Notes under the pieces: model-generated
Told to the model about the DNA's origin: nothing
Database searches by the model: none
What the model saw: only the letters and a program-made list of their open reading frames with translations
Shown here: piece after piece, positions 38,193 through 50,400 of the stretch
Position numbering within the stretch: position 1 is the stretch's first letter
Layout of the letters: every line of letters begins with the position of its first letter
Position numbers and translations under genes: made by a program
From: Catajapyx aquilonaris
Lineage: Eukaryota
Direction: 5' to 3'
Assembly: GCA_000934665.2 (NCBI GenBank)
Contig: JYFJ02001264.1
Coordinates: 1 to 64,000 of the forward strand
Length of the DNA: 64,000 bases

Positions 38193-38233
38193 TGCCCCCC
38201 CTCTTTTTTTATTCAACAAAAAAGAGGGGGGCA
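38193..38233. repeat. Inverted repeat / hairpin, 16-bp stem with one bulged C
   Basis: TG-C7-TC-T7 ... A6-GA-G6-CA around a short ATTCAAC-containing loop. Confidence 0.8.
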
Positions 38234-39091
38234 GGTGAGTGAATATTAGTCAGAAGCGTTGGCCATCTGCGGGGCAAGAGCAATGATTCGGTTCCCACAG
38301 CCCACATGCCACTTTGCATGCGAGGCATTTGCGATCTATTGACAGTCTGCCTCTACAAAGCCACGGATAATGAAATTAACCCCCCCTCCCCACCCCTTGC
38401 CACCCCTACCCCCCCTGCACTCTCCGGCCTGCGACCAAGCCCACCTCGCCAACTGAGCACTTGCATCACGGTTGCACTTGCATGAAATTGAACACTGGAA
38501 ATGGCGCGGAAGAGAACTGCGCTCAAATTGAGCGTCTCGCCATATACCCTCCCGCCCCCATAACTAATCAAATACGGTCGCTTTTTTGTTGCTCTGGTAA
38601 GCATAACTGCCACTTATCCATTCACCTGTAGGATTGGGTTAATTTCGGCACAAAATTACGGCCTTCCATATCTCTGCACTTTTTGATATTAACACCAGCA
38701 CGCATACAGACGTTGTAGCCTATATGTGCCCAGGAAGATGAAATGTTTTAAATATTAAGGGAGAGTTACTGTACATTTTTTGTAAGTTAGACAATTCAGC
38801 ATTCAGAGCTTCCCTGTATTTTGAAGCCCCTTCCGCTGACAGAGTCCCAGCAAGCTTGTGCGTGCTGCGGCCAAAAGGAGGCACTTATTGTCACTCTGGC
38901 TGAAAACGAACGAAGCGCATATTGCACCGCACCTCCCACATTAGAAGTTTGATGGGAGAGTGTGGGCACGTAGTCAAAGTGCAGGCGCAGTCAACTCTGT
39001 CGGTCCATGGCTTTTAGACCGAGCGACGGCGCTAGAAGGATGAATAGAGCAGCCAGCAACCTATACATCGTTGGGCTGGTGCAGCACTTTC

Positions 39092-39110
39092 AGAGAGAGA
39101 GAGAGAGAGA
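39092..39110 (+). repeat. (AG)9 microsatellite
   Basis: Perfect dinucleotide run read directly from the sequence. Confidence 0.9.
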
Positions 39111-41275
39111 ATAAGAGAGGCTGGTGCAGTTCGGATGTCTTTGGCCAGGGTGCCAAAACAGCAATGGATTGGAGGCGGCGCTTTTGTGGGCGCAGCACTG
39201 GCTGGTCCCCATTAAAATGACAAAGTTGGGAATGCGGAGAGCCCAGTTGAGGAATGGCCAAACACGATTCCTAATCCCTGGGCAGGGCCACATGCATGAC
39301 TGCCCTCGACCTCCATTATCTCCTCTTTGCACCCGTTCGTGGGACCATTCAGCCGGCCTAACCCCTGGCGCTTCTATATAGCTACCCAAATCTTGGCTCG
39401 CCCACATCTCATTTGCACGATGGACTTGTGTTCTAGCTTACTCTCCAGAAGTCTCAACCCCCGGCGTCTCATATCGCTCCTTACCGGCCTGCCTCTGCTC
39501 CTTTTGTGAACAGACAACTCCCCATTTATACTAATGCCTTTCCCCAAGTTGCGGGGTCTTTGTCTGTCCGAAACTTGCAACTGTGCGATAATGCACATAA
39601 CGCATCCGGCGTCTTGGCACTCTGGGGGCATTATTAATGCCGGGAACGTATGTCAAACCGGTTGTACCGGGTGTAGGCGATACGATGAAAGCGTATGGGT
39701 GCAATTAACTTGTACAGGACACGCAGGAGATATGTCCAAGTTGTCGGGAACATGTTGAGAAAGTGGTGCGGGAGGATGAGGAATTAAGCTGTGCTGCCTT
39801 CGTTTTGTGTACGGAAGTTGCATTTCTGGGCTAATAAAGGAAGCCTTGAATTGAGGAATAATCAGACTCAGGCAGCGTTTGAAGCGGAAATGAACTCTTA
39901 TTAATTGCAGCCTTTAATAGAAGTTAATGAGCGAACATGGACCGCTTCGTGTAATTTCACCAGGTTGGCCTAAATTCACCCGTTTTATGGTATTTAAATG
40001 TCGACATTATGATAACTCTTATTTAACTACCTATATTTCAAGCACTTATCTACAGGACTGTAATTGTTCTGGCAGACAAATGACTCGGCCGTCAGGTGTA
40101 ATACCCGACCAGATTACTTTCCTAACTCAATTTAGACCAAACTGTGACTGATCATTCTGCATTTCAGCACATCAGTCTAGCGTTGAAATTCTGTAGAGTA
40201 TTTTGTAATAGTATGTATCCTAACATATTATGTACTGTACGTCCACATGATGTGTTTTTTTGAAAACCCCAGTTAGCAACAAGCAGGTCAACCTCGACAG
40301 TGCAAATCGCTGTCATGCATGCTCAGCCATATGGGGCCCATACTCAGAAGCGGAAGTGCATTAGTTCTCAGCATGCAATGCACTATACTTGCGCACGTAC
40401 TGACTGTCACTCGGCAGACATGCGGTATTTGTGCACTTCGGTTGTGTCCGCTGATTAATTTAGTTTTCACTTGTGCCGGTACAAAAATATCTCGCTTGCA
40501 ACTGAACAAGTGGAAACCGGGGTCATGAACCATTTTTATTGTCTAGTTATTGTGGAATCACGGCAGCACGTTCCGTGTAACTATAGTCGAGATGCGACAT
40601 TACAGGATATTAAGCTGTGTTGTAAATGCAAACCCGTCCTTCATCACCGGTACTGTTTTGCAAGGGCGTGTTTGTGTAATGTTTCTCCTAGGGGTCTGCG
40701 ACCCATCTGAGGAATTTGCGCGAACCGCCAGCTGAAATTACCTTCGGAAATGTCGCCAACTGGAAACTTGCGATATGAGAGTGAAGTTGGGAGACAGGGC
40801 ATTAGCTAAGTACATATACCCTTGTGCCGGAATGGTATTGGCACTCCATGGAGTAAGCCTACCTTATAGTAATTGAGACAGGAGTTGGGGAGGTGATATC
40901 CCCCAGCAACACTTTGTGCCCCTCGCCCAATGGGGGAAATGGTACCGGGAGCGAGGAAAGCGAAGAACTTTCCGCCCGCCCGTACGTTATGTCTGACTCG
41001 GAGTCATTTCCGAGGCGTCTTCGTCTTACCTGGCTGCAAGGAAATGAGAGGTGTGCTTTGAAAGGCCCCGTCTGGAAACAAGCCACGTTGCATGCAGGCA
41101 GCCCCCCAGAGCTCTTTGATTCCGCAAACAGACAAGCCCAGCCCCAGACTTCGCAGTCACACGCCTTCCTCCAACTGCCATCATCAAAGAGTTACCAGAA
41201 CGAGGGTGCAATGCATCGCGAATGAACGCTCGTGATTGGAAACGAGTCACTGATTTTGTCTATCTTTTTTCACAG

Positions 41276-41448
41276 GTGATCGTGGTTCCGCATTCCCATA
41301 ACGATCCGGGATGGCTCAAGACCTACGAGGGGTATTTCCACGCTCAGACCAGGCAGATACTGAACAACATGGTGGAAAAACTGCAGCAGTATCCCAACAT
41401 GACGTTCATATGGACGGAGATCTCGTTCTTCTCCAAGTGGTGGGAAAG
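41276..41448 (+). CDS. alpha-Man-IIb: Golgi class II alpha-mannosidase (GH38), internal exon A (173 nt, phase 0 to 2)
   Basis: Acceptor tatcttttttcacag|GTG and donor GAAAG|gtaagt. Encodes [57 protein letters not shown], with the GH38 metal-binding HxHxDxGW motif. The family call is firm; the IIb/ManIII subfamily call rests on recalled similarity. Confidence 0.96.
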
Positions 41449-44400
41449 GTAAGTGTCAAAAAAATGAGGACAAGGTCGCCGGTTAATTTTAAACCGGACA
41501 TCGATTGACATTTCTATATAAACATCCGAGAGGGATACAGTGCAGAGGTTCAGATCTGGAGCATCCAATTGTAGGCCGGCCGCTACAGAGTCGAGATAAG
41601 AGGCATAAAATCTGCTTATCTAATTGGTTATATTTCTAATTAATGTTCCAAGGGGGGAGATGGGCATCGCCGGCAATAGCGAGAAAGTGTTATTTGGTTT
41701 CGCACGAACGTAATGCCCCTCTAAAATAACCCTAGATGGTGCGATAGAGCCGAGGAAATAACACGCAGGGGAACGCTCCGAGCCTTCAGGGAATTTTTCT
41801 TATGCACCCTGTAATCATACACCACCCAAATGCACCGTCTCGACTATTAATGGAATTTAACTAGTGCACCCTGCTGCTTGCGGCTCTTTTTGCGCATTTT
41901 TTTTTCTTCTTCAAATATATAGTGAGGGAGTGTTTACATAGATTGATCGGGGTCCACTTATTACTGCGCATTTTTCTGCACAACCATGGGTGAAAAGCAG
42001 AGAGATATCCCTCGGGGGAATCGGGTCGCGGGGGGAATGCAACGAAATACCCGGGTCAAAGGGGTGTGGACTAAATTTATTATCTAGGAGATAAAGGCCT
42101 GCGGGAGAAGCACCTCTTGGGAACCAAAAAGCCAATGTTATCCGCGAGTGCATTTAATGCACAAACTTAACAGCGTGTTTAATCAGCGCAGTTGGGAATC
42201 GAATTTTCGGGAAAAATAAAATTTTGGGGGGATCCATATATGCATGACTGGCGGTGACATGCCCAGGTGAGGAGTGTGAGAAACATGTGCTGAACACGTT
42301 CCTTGCGTTCTGCTCGTTCCCCCACCGAGAGTTAATTAAGCTTCAACAGTTTGCCTTTTAATCTCTGGTTTTGGGTTCTGGGTCGTCGTTGGCAGGTCTC
42401 CCAGGTCTCTCCCCTCCAGCCTTTGCATCAAGACAGACCAATGTTCCAATTTATGCCTGGAAGCCGGAATAATGACCCATAAAATTTAATCTGTGAATAA
42501 AGCGTCCGAATAAGGCTACTTTATGGCTTGGTTAGACAGGCTATACCGATATAAATAAGGGCAACGCATGCGAAGTGGGCATGACCACCTTCTAATCCCC
42601 AACCGTGTGGCAAATCTGCTAATGAGACGGGAGTGCCAAATAACTCCATTTTAAATCAAAAATGGAGATATTATCTCTATAGGAGGGGGAAATGGCCAGC
42701 AGACTCTGTAAACACGTTATTTTCTGGGAGGATCCGCGGCTTTTGAGGCGAGAATTTACTTGGTGCTATGTTCTTTTTCACTAATGAATGAGGCTGTGTG
42801 TTTTTGGTCCCTTGAGGCTGATTTCTCTTTTCTGGAAGGTGGGATCGATAACAGTTATTTCCTGACCAACTTGCCCCCAAAACAATGTTTAGGCTGTCAA
42901 TATGGATGGTGGAAGGGGAGTGGTTTGTGGGGCGAAAACAAAGCAACAAGGTTTCCGCCTGATTTTACTCTCCCTGGAGGACCCCGTGGCAAAAGGGTTT
43001 ACCTGAACACCGCCTGATTTTTTTTTTCTTGGGCGCGGATACAGGGGAGGTGCCACAGTCGGAACAATGGAGCTGGCTCATTACTTGGTAATTGCAGTGG
43101 CGGCAATCAGTAGGTTAATGAGCAGGTGGTGAAAATGGGCAGGGTTGAAGCTTTCAAGTGGTTCGCCACATTGTTATATTAGCAAAAATTTTGCTGCGGT
43201 TCTTAACCAGTTGCAAACCATGCTATTATTTGGGACATTACATGGTACCGTGTGTTTAATAATAATTTAGCTCACATGTCTGAAAGGGCAGTATTTTTAT
43301 TCGCTATGAACATTCAGCATTGTAATAATTTCGAGCTGGCATCCTGTACACGTACTAAATATGACGGCCTGCACACAGTTTTGGTGACTGCTTCGTTTTT
43401 CATAATTGAGGAGGGTTCCTCATGGGTGCAACTTACGTCAACTCCTGGTTTCCTAAGATCGAGATCTACGTCGGCTGTGGGACCCAGCAACCCCTAGAAT
43501 TCCGCCTTCCAACAGAGCAATTACGCCTCTCTTAAACTTTAAGAAGAAAGTAGTTTTATTTAAATTGAAATACGGGAGGCCCTGCCTCCTTTTCTCCCCC
43601 CTTTAACTCCCGCGGGTCATTAAATTCACTTAGCCGCGACGTGGTAACCTCTTTAGAAAAAAAAAACTTTGCTCCATTTCCCTCCCCGAAAGAAAATCTG
43701 GAAGGATAAAACGAAGCTACACTATATAGTACGCGTGCTTGCACAGCAAACGTTGCGTGTAATAGCAAAAGTGCATTTTTTTCTGTCCTTGCATGGAGGA
43801 TATTCTCAGGGACATTCTCTCAGCTTGGCAACAGCGTGGAGGGCATCCGATGGATCAACAACAGCAGAAAACCTTGTTCCGAGATTTCGTGACTTGAATT
43901 TCAGGTCCTTTTCGCTTATGGGGGAGGTGAGGGTTCGGAGTAATGTAAGCCAAACAGACTTTGGCGAACCTAAAATCAACGCACCTCCGAACGTGTTTCA
44001 AACCTGCAGATGACGCTGAATCATCGCCGTTGGCAGAGGGGGGGCAGTGCTCGTAAATTATTAAAATGCATATTTCAACGCGTGTGTCTCGTCACCCACC
44101 ACCACCCACTTGCGGAAAAACAGTGGAAATTGACCGCGTTTGGCATCGGCGTGCAATTGTGTGCATGAGGAGAGAGGATTTTATGGTCACTTTCCGAATG
44201 TAATGGCTCGAAATAATAAATGACGACGAGTTACAAATTATTCCCGATTGGTCGGGTCAAGGCCGGGTGAAGTGGCCCATTCCCCAGTATTTTCGGGCGG
44301 GTATACGGATGTAAATTATTGCGAACTGGATGACCTCGGACACCCAGGAGGAACTTTGAATGCGGCAGTGCCCGAGGAGTTTACAAATCCAATTTCAATT

Positions 44401-47400
44401 CCGGGCACGAATGACACTTTTCATTGCAATGACACGATCAATTACTTTTACGGCCCGCCGAAATTAAACGTCCGCTTCTCTCTAAGCGGAATAGGCAAAA
44501 AAAAGAACCGGGGGTATAATTAACCTTAGTATGTTTTTAATTTATGCCATTAAAGACTATGATGGATCTATGAATCATTGATGGCTTTTGTGTAGTAAAC
44601 GGGTAACTTGATTGCATTTTCAAGTCGATTATATATAAAAAAGAAGGATGGGAAAACTTCTTTCGTCCTTTCCTTTTATTTATTTTTCCTGGGGAAAAGT
44701 AAACGCTGATTATTTTACGGTGTTGGTCTTAGCTGTCTGGATCCGGGGAAAAGCGAGCCCTGGAGCTGATTTGGCCTCAAAGAGAAGATCGTCATATATA
44801 CGCGTAATTGGCTGCAGGTTCTTTCACGCTGCCAGGAAAAGCTGCGGTTATATTGGACAACAAGACGAGTCAGCCGGATATATACTTCAGGAGATCACAC
44901 GATGCCGTGTCAAAAAAAAGTGTATATTGCAACCCTCGAGCCCAATTTACTCCCAAGTAAATTGAATCCAAACAAAAAAAAAAACGTTTTGGCTGACTAC
45001 TTTCGTGGTTATTAACAGGTGACGTCAGCTGTATAGCAAAATCCGGGGAACAGATAGTGTGTTTGGAGCCTTGGGGTGGCAAGTGCTTGTACAGCACAGG
45101 CTGAAGGAGGCTTTTGGGATGGAATCAGCTCTGTGGAGCCTGTAGATGTGTCCTCACAAGAGACGCACTTCGGCGCTGTTTCGCTCGGGGGCCATCGCTA
45201 TCTGGGATTAGAGCCGAATTCTATTTTGGCAAGAGGAGAAGGGGGGTGGAGGAAAAGTGCGCAAGTTCGACTTAGAGTGGAGGGGGGGGGGGGGGGAGGA
45301 ACTGCTTTTCCCTCCTCTGAGCTTTTCTATCCGCCTGTTTCCTCTCATCCCATTCGATATGCCGAGTCAGCCATTTGCCGCTGGCCGATTTTGCAAGGCC
45401 CCCTGTGCGAACAAGTCACCGGGGCGCCAAAAAGGGCTCTTGCCAACTCCTTCTATCGCTGCTCAGCTTCCTCTTTCACTCGGAAAAGGAATAGGTTCTT
45501 CCACAAAGAGATTTCCGTTCTTTATGTCCTGAATGTTTTTTTTTTCCTTGCAGAGAAGGGGGCTGTCCTTGCTGTAAGCCCAACATGTAGTACATGAAGG
45601 TTTAATCTGGCTTTTACTGAATGGGCGGACATGCTTTTTTTTCAGGACTGGCTTTCACGCGTCAGACTTGGTAAAAGATTACACGAAGATTTTCTGACAT
45701 TAGAGATGCAGAGCTGCTTTCCCCGATGTTTTGTGTATAAGCGGAATAATAGGTTTATGGAGTTTGTGTGTATCGAGAAAAAGCAGACGAAAATTTTCTC
45801 ACAGCTCCGGTTTGGGATGATACCAGTTTTTCCCCCCTCGAGATTGAAGTAGCGGAGCTTTCTGAATAATGTTTATATAATGGTGCCGGTTCAAGATTTT
45901 GCAAAGTAGAATGTTATCGCGGTGCATGAGTGATGCCAATGCACACGAGGTTGTCTCCTGCTGATATTGAGCTTAGTGCTTGCCCTGGCCCTTGCTGCGA
46001 ACACCGTGCTTTTCCTTTCCAAAATTGACACGGACAACTGATGGATTACATCTAGGATGTGCGGTACATGGCCCTGTTTCAGAATGCAAACATGAAGCTC
46101 ATAAACTTGTTCCAATATAGCCCTCACGCGAGGCCTCGCAGAAAAGGTCAACACAAGTTTCAGACACGTTCTGTAAATCGGGGTGACGTCACAGTTTATT
46201 CGTTGTTCTGTATAGTGCGATACTGAACTGCAATAATTCGCGGGGTAACTGGCTGGCAGGACAGTAAAATTAAATAGCGCGGCAGCTGAATCTGACAGCT
46301 AGGTTATTTTTTTTCTCGAAAGCGATTAACAACCCTGCGGGTGTGTTTGGTGGTTTAGACCGCAAACCTCCCATTGGTTGCCTCCTTTTGCGAATTGTCA
46401 ATTTTTTTTAGCATGCAGATACCCTTTTTGCCGTTTCATACGCTGCAGGCACACAATTTTGGGTGGAGGTTAGAATGAGCCGAAGTTTATTTTTCCGGGA
46501 GAATAATTTTCTCTTTCGCATATTTTTTTATATTCTTCGGCAGATATCCGGTGATCCAAAAGGCCGCGATCCTTTTCCCGTTCGAAATTCACGAAACAAT
46601 CAGAGAGAGTTTTGAGGAGGGGTTCGTTGGTTGAATGGTTTTATTGGGGCGGCATCCGGTATCGATCCGTGGTGCAAGATTTCTGCAAAAGGAAGGACTG
46701 CCGCAGAGCCGAAATACTGTACGTCTAACTTGGGCACAATATCTTCAAACGGGCGAGTTTTTAATCGCATTCAGGGAAACTTACGGTGCTGGTACATCAA
46801 ACGGAACAGAAGACGCTGCTTTTGAGTTATAGACGAGTTTCGGGAAATTCCAACCTTATATATAAGACGGTTGCCGATATTGGGCAACTTTCAAACACAA
46901 ACCCGGCTTTGTTTCTTTTTTTTAATGCGGATTGTAAGCATTGGTTTAGTATACTGTACAATAATAATGAGGATAATCCTGTGGTATACCTTCGCTGGCC
47001 CAGATTCAAGCTCCTTAATGGCAAGTTTCCCAAGAGAGCAGGTGTTGATCCTCGAAATGATCTGGTTTTCCTAACCTACGTTGACCGGAAACAAGCAAAT
47101 GCAGGTAATGTGGGAGTTCTGAGTGTTGTTGTATCGATCTAGTGCTGGAGAGAGTCAGGTAGAGCTTGCAGAGAGAGAGAGAGAAGCAAGCAGTATATTC
47201 GTTCCCTTCCATATCCTTGGCTCGGTTCCGAATGGCAAATTCAAAGAGTAAATTTTGCACCGGGGGAGGGGATGGGGGGGATGGAGCTGCCGGAATTCGG
47301 CTTACTCTTTTTCTTTTCTGGCAGAGATTTCCGAACATTTGGTGGAAACCGCCAAAACCATCTACTCTTGGCGACCGTTGCCAGAATACCACATGCGCGG

Positions 47401-50400
47401 ACACACGCACACTCACACAGTAAATGACGTTACTCCGCTGATGGAGAGGCTATTAGCCCCAGAGATGGATTGAATTTTCATCTATGCTGGCCCCCGCCAA
47501 TGGTCTCCCGCTCTGGCAATTTGAATAATTTCCGATAACGTTAATAAATTATGATACACGCCAAAGCATACATGCGTTGTGTTTAGCGTGAGCAGCATAA
47601 ATGACCCGAATGCTGTGAAAGGCTGGAGCTAATTTTTGGTGGAAAGAGGTAAAAAAAAAAAAAACTCGGGGCTGGTGTGAGTTCATTACTGGACCTGTGA
47701 ATTTGGTTTAAAACTGCTGTGATGTGCTTTATGTTGAAAGAGATTAATGGACGCAGCAACTAGACAAAAACGCAGGTGTGACTGATGACTTTTGTACCGG
47801 CCGCTGGCATTTAACTCGGCTCGTTCTGCAGTTCTTTTCAACAACGCTGAAGTTCATAGAGCAAAAAAAATATATTTTTCACAAATATTTCCACGCTGAT
47901 TATGGTGAACCTTGTAGTGAACATCAAACGTACTGAGTCGCATGGGAAACGGCCAGTGCTACGGATCTGCCCTCGATTAATACTTCAGATGGGGAGGGCC
48001 AGGTCACCATATTCTTGGAAGTTGCAAACTGCCAAAATTAACTGAATAACGTGGAAGCCGAACTTGGCTGCTGCCAGAGGGGAAGTAATCTCTCGAGGAA
48101 TTTAGTATATACTTGGGAGAGCGGAATTTGGAGAGAATCCAGAGGGAATGCAGGTGTAGCCCCATTGAAATGCACATCAGCCCTCATTGCTTCCCAATGA
48201 ATTCGGCGGATGTGCCCCTCCCCCTTTTCTACGAAATCATAGAATAAACCCAAACCGCCAGTTGTTTGTTCATGACGGTAGGAATCTACTGTCACGCAAA
48301 CCGCCCGGGTAATGCTGCTGGTATAGCAAATACATTATTGAACAAAGGGATAGGGCTGCTGGCGTGTTGCGGAAATGTACCGCGCAGCAAGCTTCCAAGT
48401 CCGAAAGCTTCGTTTTGTTCAGCACAATGGCCGCGGAGTAGCGCAGCGCCTGTTTCCGAATGTCGTTGCAGAAATTGGCTTTCCTCGCTAACAGGAGGGC
48501 CCCCCAAAAGCTGTAGTGAATGAATCATGCGCCACATTTCCAGTAGCACATTCAAAGAATCCGAAATGAGTGGGTTTAACCCCCCCCCCCCNCCCCCCCC
48601 CGACCAGCACCAGTACACCGGAGCAATCTAAATGGCAAAAGTAGCATCCTTCAGGAGTTGGGATCCAGGGCAAGCTAGCTAGCTTTTCAGATAGACTGGG
48701 AGCCATTGAAAATCTAGTTTTCTGCTCCGCATGTTTACATGTATCAGCACTTGCACATACAGCCAAGAAAATGAGGGCGGATTCGCATTGAAGCGACCGT
48801 GCATGCATGTTACATAAAAGCAGGCAGTCGAATTTGAAAAGGTTATTGAAACTGGGCGCTGGTTCCAGCCCTTTTAGAGAGGTATATATATAGATCCCTG
48901 GAGCTAAACTTACTCGGAAGTAAGTAATTGACTCTCACTCATATACACTCCCGGGAGCTTAAGCCGAGACTCTAATGAGCCAGGCTAATCCCACTTCTCT
49001 GACCGTTGAGAGGGGGTCATCTTGATCTCTGCTTGGACACGTCAGACATGCAGAATGATGTCACTTTGTAAGGACCGTGTTTACAGAATCGCTTGGATCA
49101 TACTACAAAAAAGAAGAGAGCGGAGGGGGAGATTGTGACTATATGGAGAGGGTGGGCACAATTTGTACTCACATTCCGAGGGGCCGTAATGGCATTGGGG
49201 AAGAAAATGCGGCGGGGCATCATTTGGACGCTATCTGCCCATATTCTCGAGCAATAACTCGGGTCCGCAGAGTTGCAGTGGAAAAGCGAGGGTGCGTTTA
49301 TCAAGACGATGCATTTCAGCGAAGGGGGCTTATCTACTGGCGTTTGCTTTCCACCCACCCCCCCATTTTATTGCTTGCCAGGAAGGAAAAAAATATAGAA
49401 AAAAGAAGAGCAGTGGTGGTGGTGGGTTGAATTCCGGTATGCTCGGAAAGGCCTGGTATAGTAGCTGGCCAGCCATTCGCATCTGGGAGACTGCTGTTGT
49501 TCCGCTTATCGTGTCATGCTCCAGTGAGGCGGAGTCTGGGACTGACTGCTGAGACCCCCACGAGAAACAAAAGGGAATTGTCCGCGGGGCAAAGACAAAA
49601 GCATGTCCCACTCGACCGCAGCAAAGAAAGATGGTGGCTCGCTGTCCACTGGTGCAGACCTCAAGGAAATGGCCACCTTGTAAGTGTATAGGAAAAAAAA
49701 AACCCTGAGAGAGGAGGGGGGGAACTGTATATCACCACCTTTTTCCTATCTAACCCAGCGTGCTTTGATTCTACCCCCCTAGCCCATGCCAACCAGATCA
49801 AATATTGTGTTGTCAGAGAAGCGTGATGGTTGCCAGATCGTGACAGCAGGAACAGGGGGGTTGGATCAGATTGCAACCGGGGGTTTGTTGTCAGCCATTT
49901 TAATGAGCATTTCACCTATTCGGCGGTAATGGGGACGACCCCTCACAGCGTGAAGGCACGTGGCAGTTCATGCCCGGACCGCACTTTTCAACTTTGAATA
50001 AAAAAGGTTTGAAACAGGCGCCTGGATGAAACCGATCGATGTGTGTTGCAAAAAGATTTCTGAGTACATGTTATTCATGCTAGACAGGCCTTGTGTAGGA
50101 GAAGTGGAATGGAGGGAAAAGAGGAAGAAGAAGAAAAAACTAGGTGCAACTTTGGGACAAACGCAGAATTTGAATGACACTATACACGATAGGATGGTTT
50201 GGGCACCGGAGAAGTCCCAATGTGACAATTTTCTTTGGGAGAAGAGGACCTTCTTTCGTCCTCACTTTTTTTTCGGCACGTTTTTTTTTAGCTCCTGGTA
50301 TTCAAATGGCGCGCGGTGGCAGACAGCTTTCGCGTCCACCGGACGACAGGTAATTTAAATTGTAATTTTAAGATTTCCAGTGGGGTGCAAACGGCACGTT

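Noticed and set aside
40893..41225. 110-aa ORF containing GPVWKQ, reminiscent of the GGVWKQG motif of mannosidase II
   Set aside because: Different frame from exon A, no suitable donor linking them and no other similarity; likely coincidence.
41222..41275. In-frame ATG extension of exon A ([18 protein letters not shown]) as the protein start
   Set aside because: It runs through a branch-like CTGAT, the pyrimidine tract and the CAG acceptor, and encodes no signal anchor, so it is best read as intron.
45076..45597. 173-aa plus-strand ORF inside the exon A-B intron
   Set aside because: Contains poly-G and poly-T derived runs, shows no GH38 similarity, and exons A and B already join with no missing sequence.
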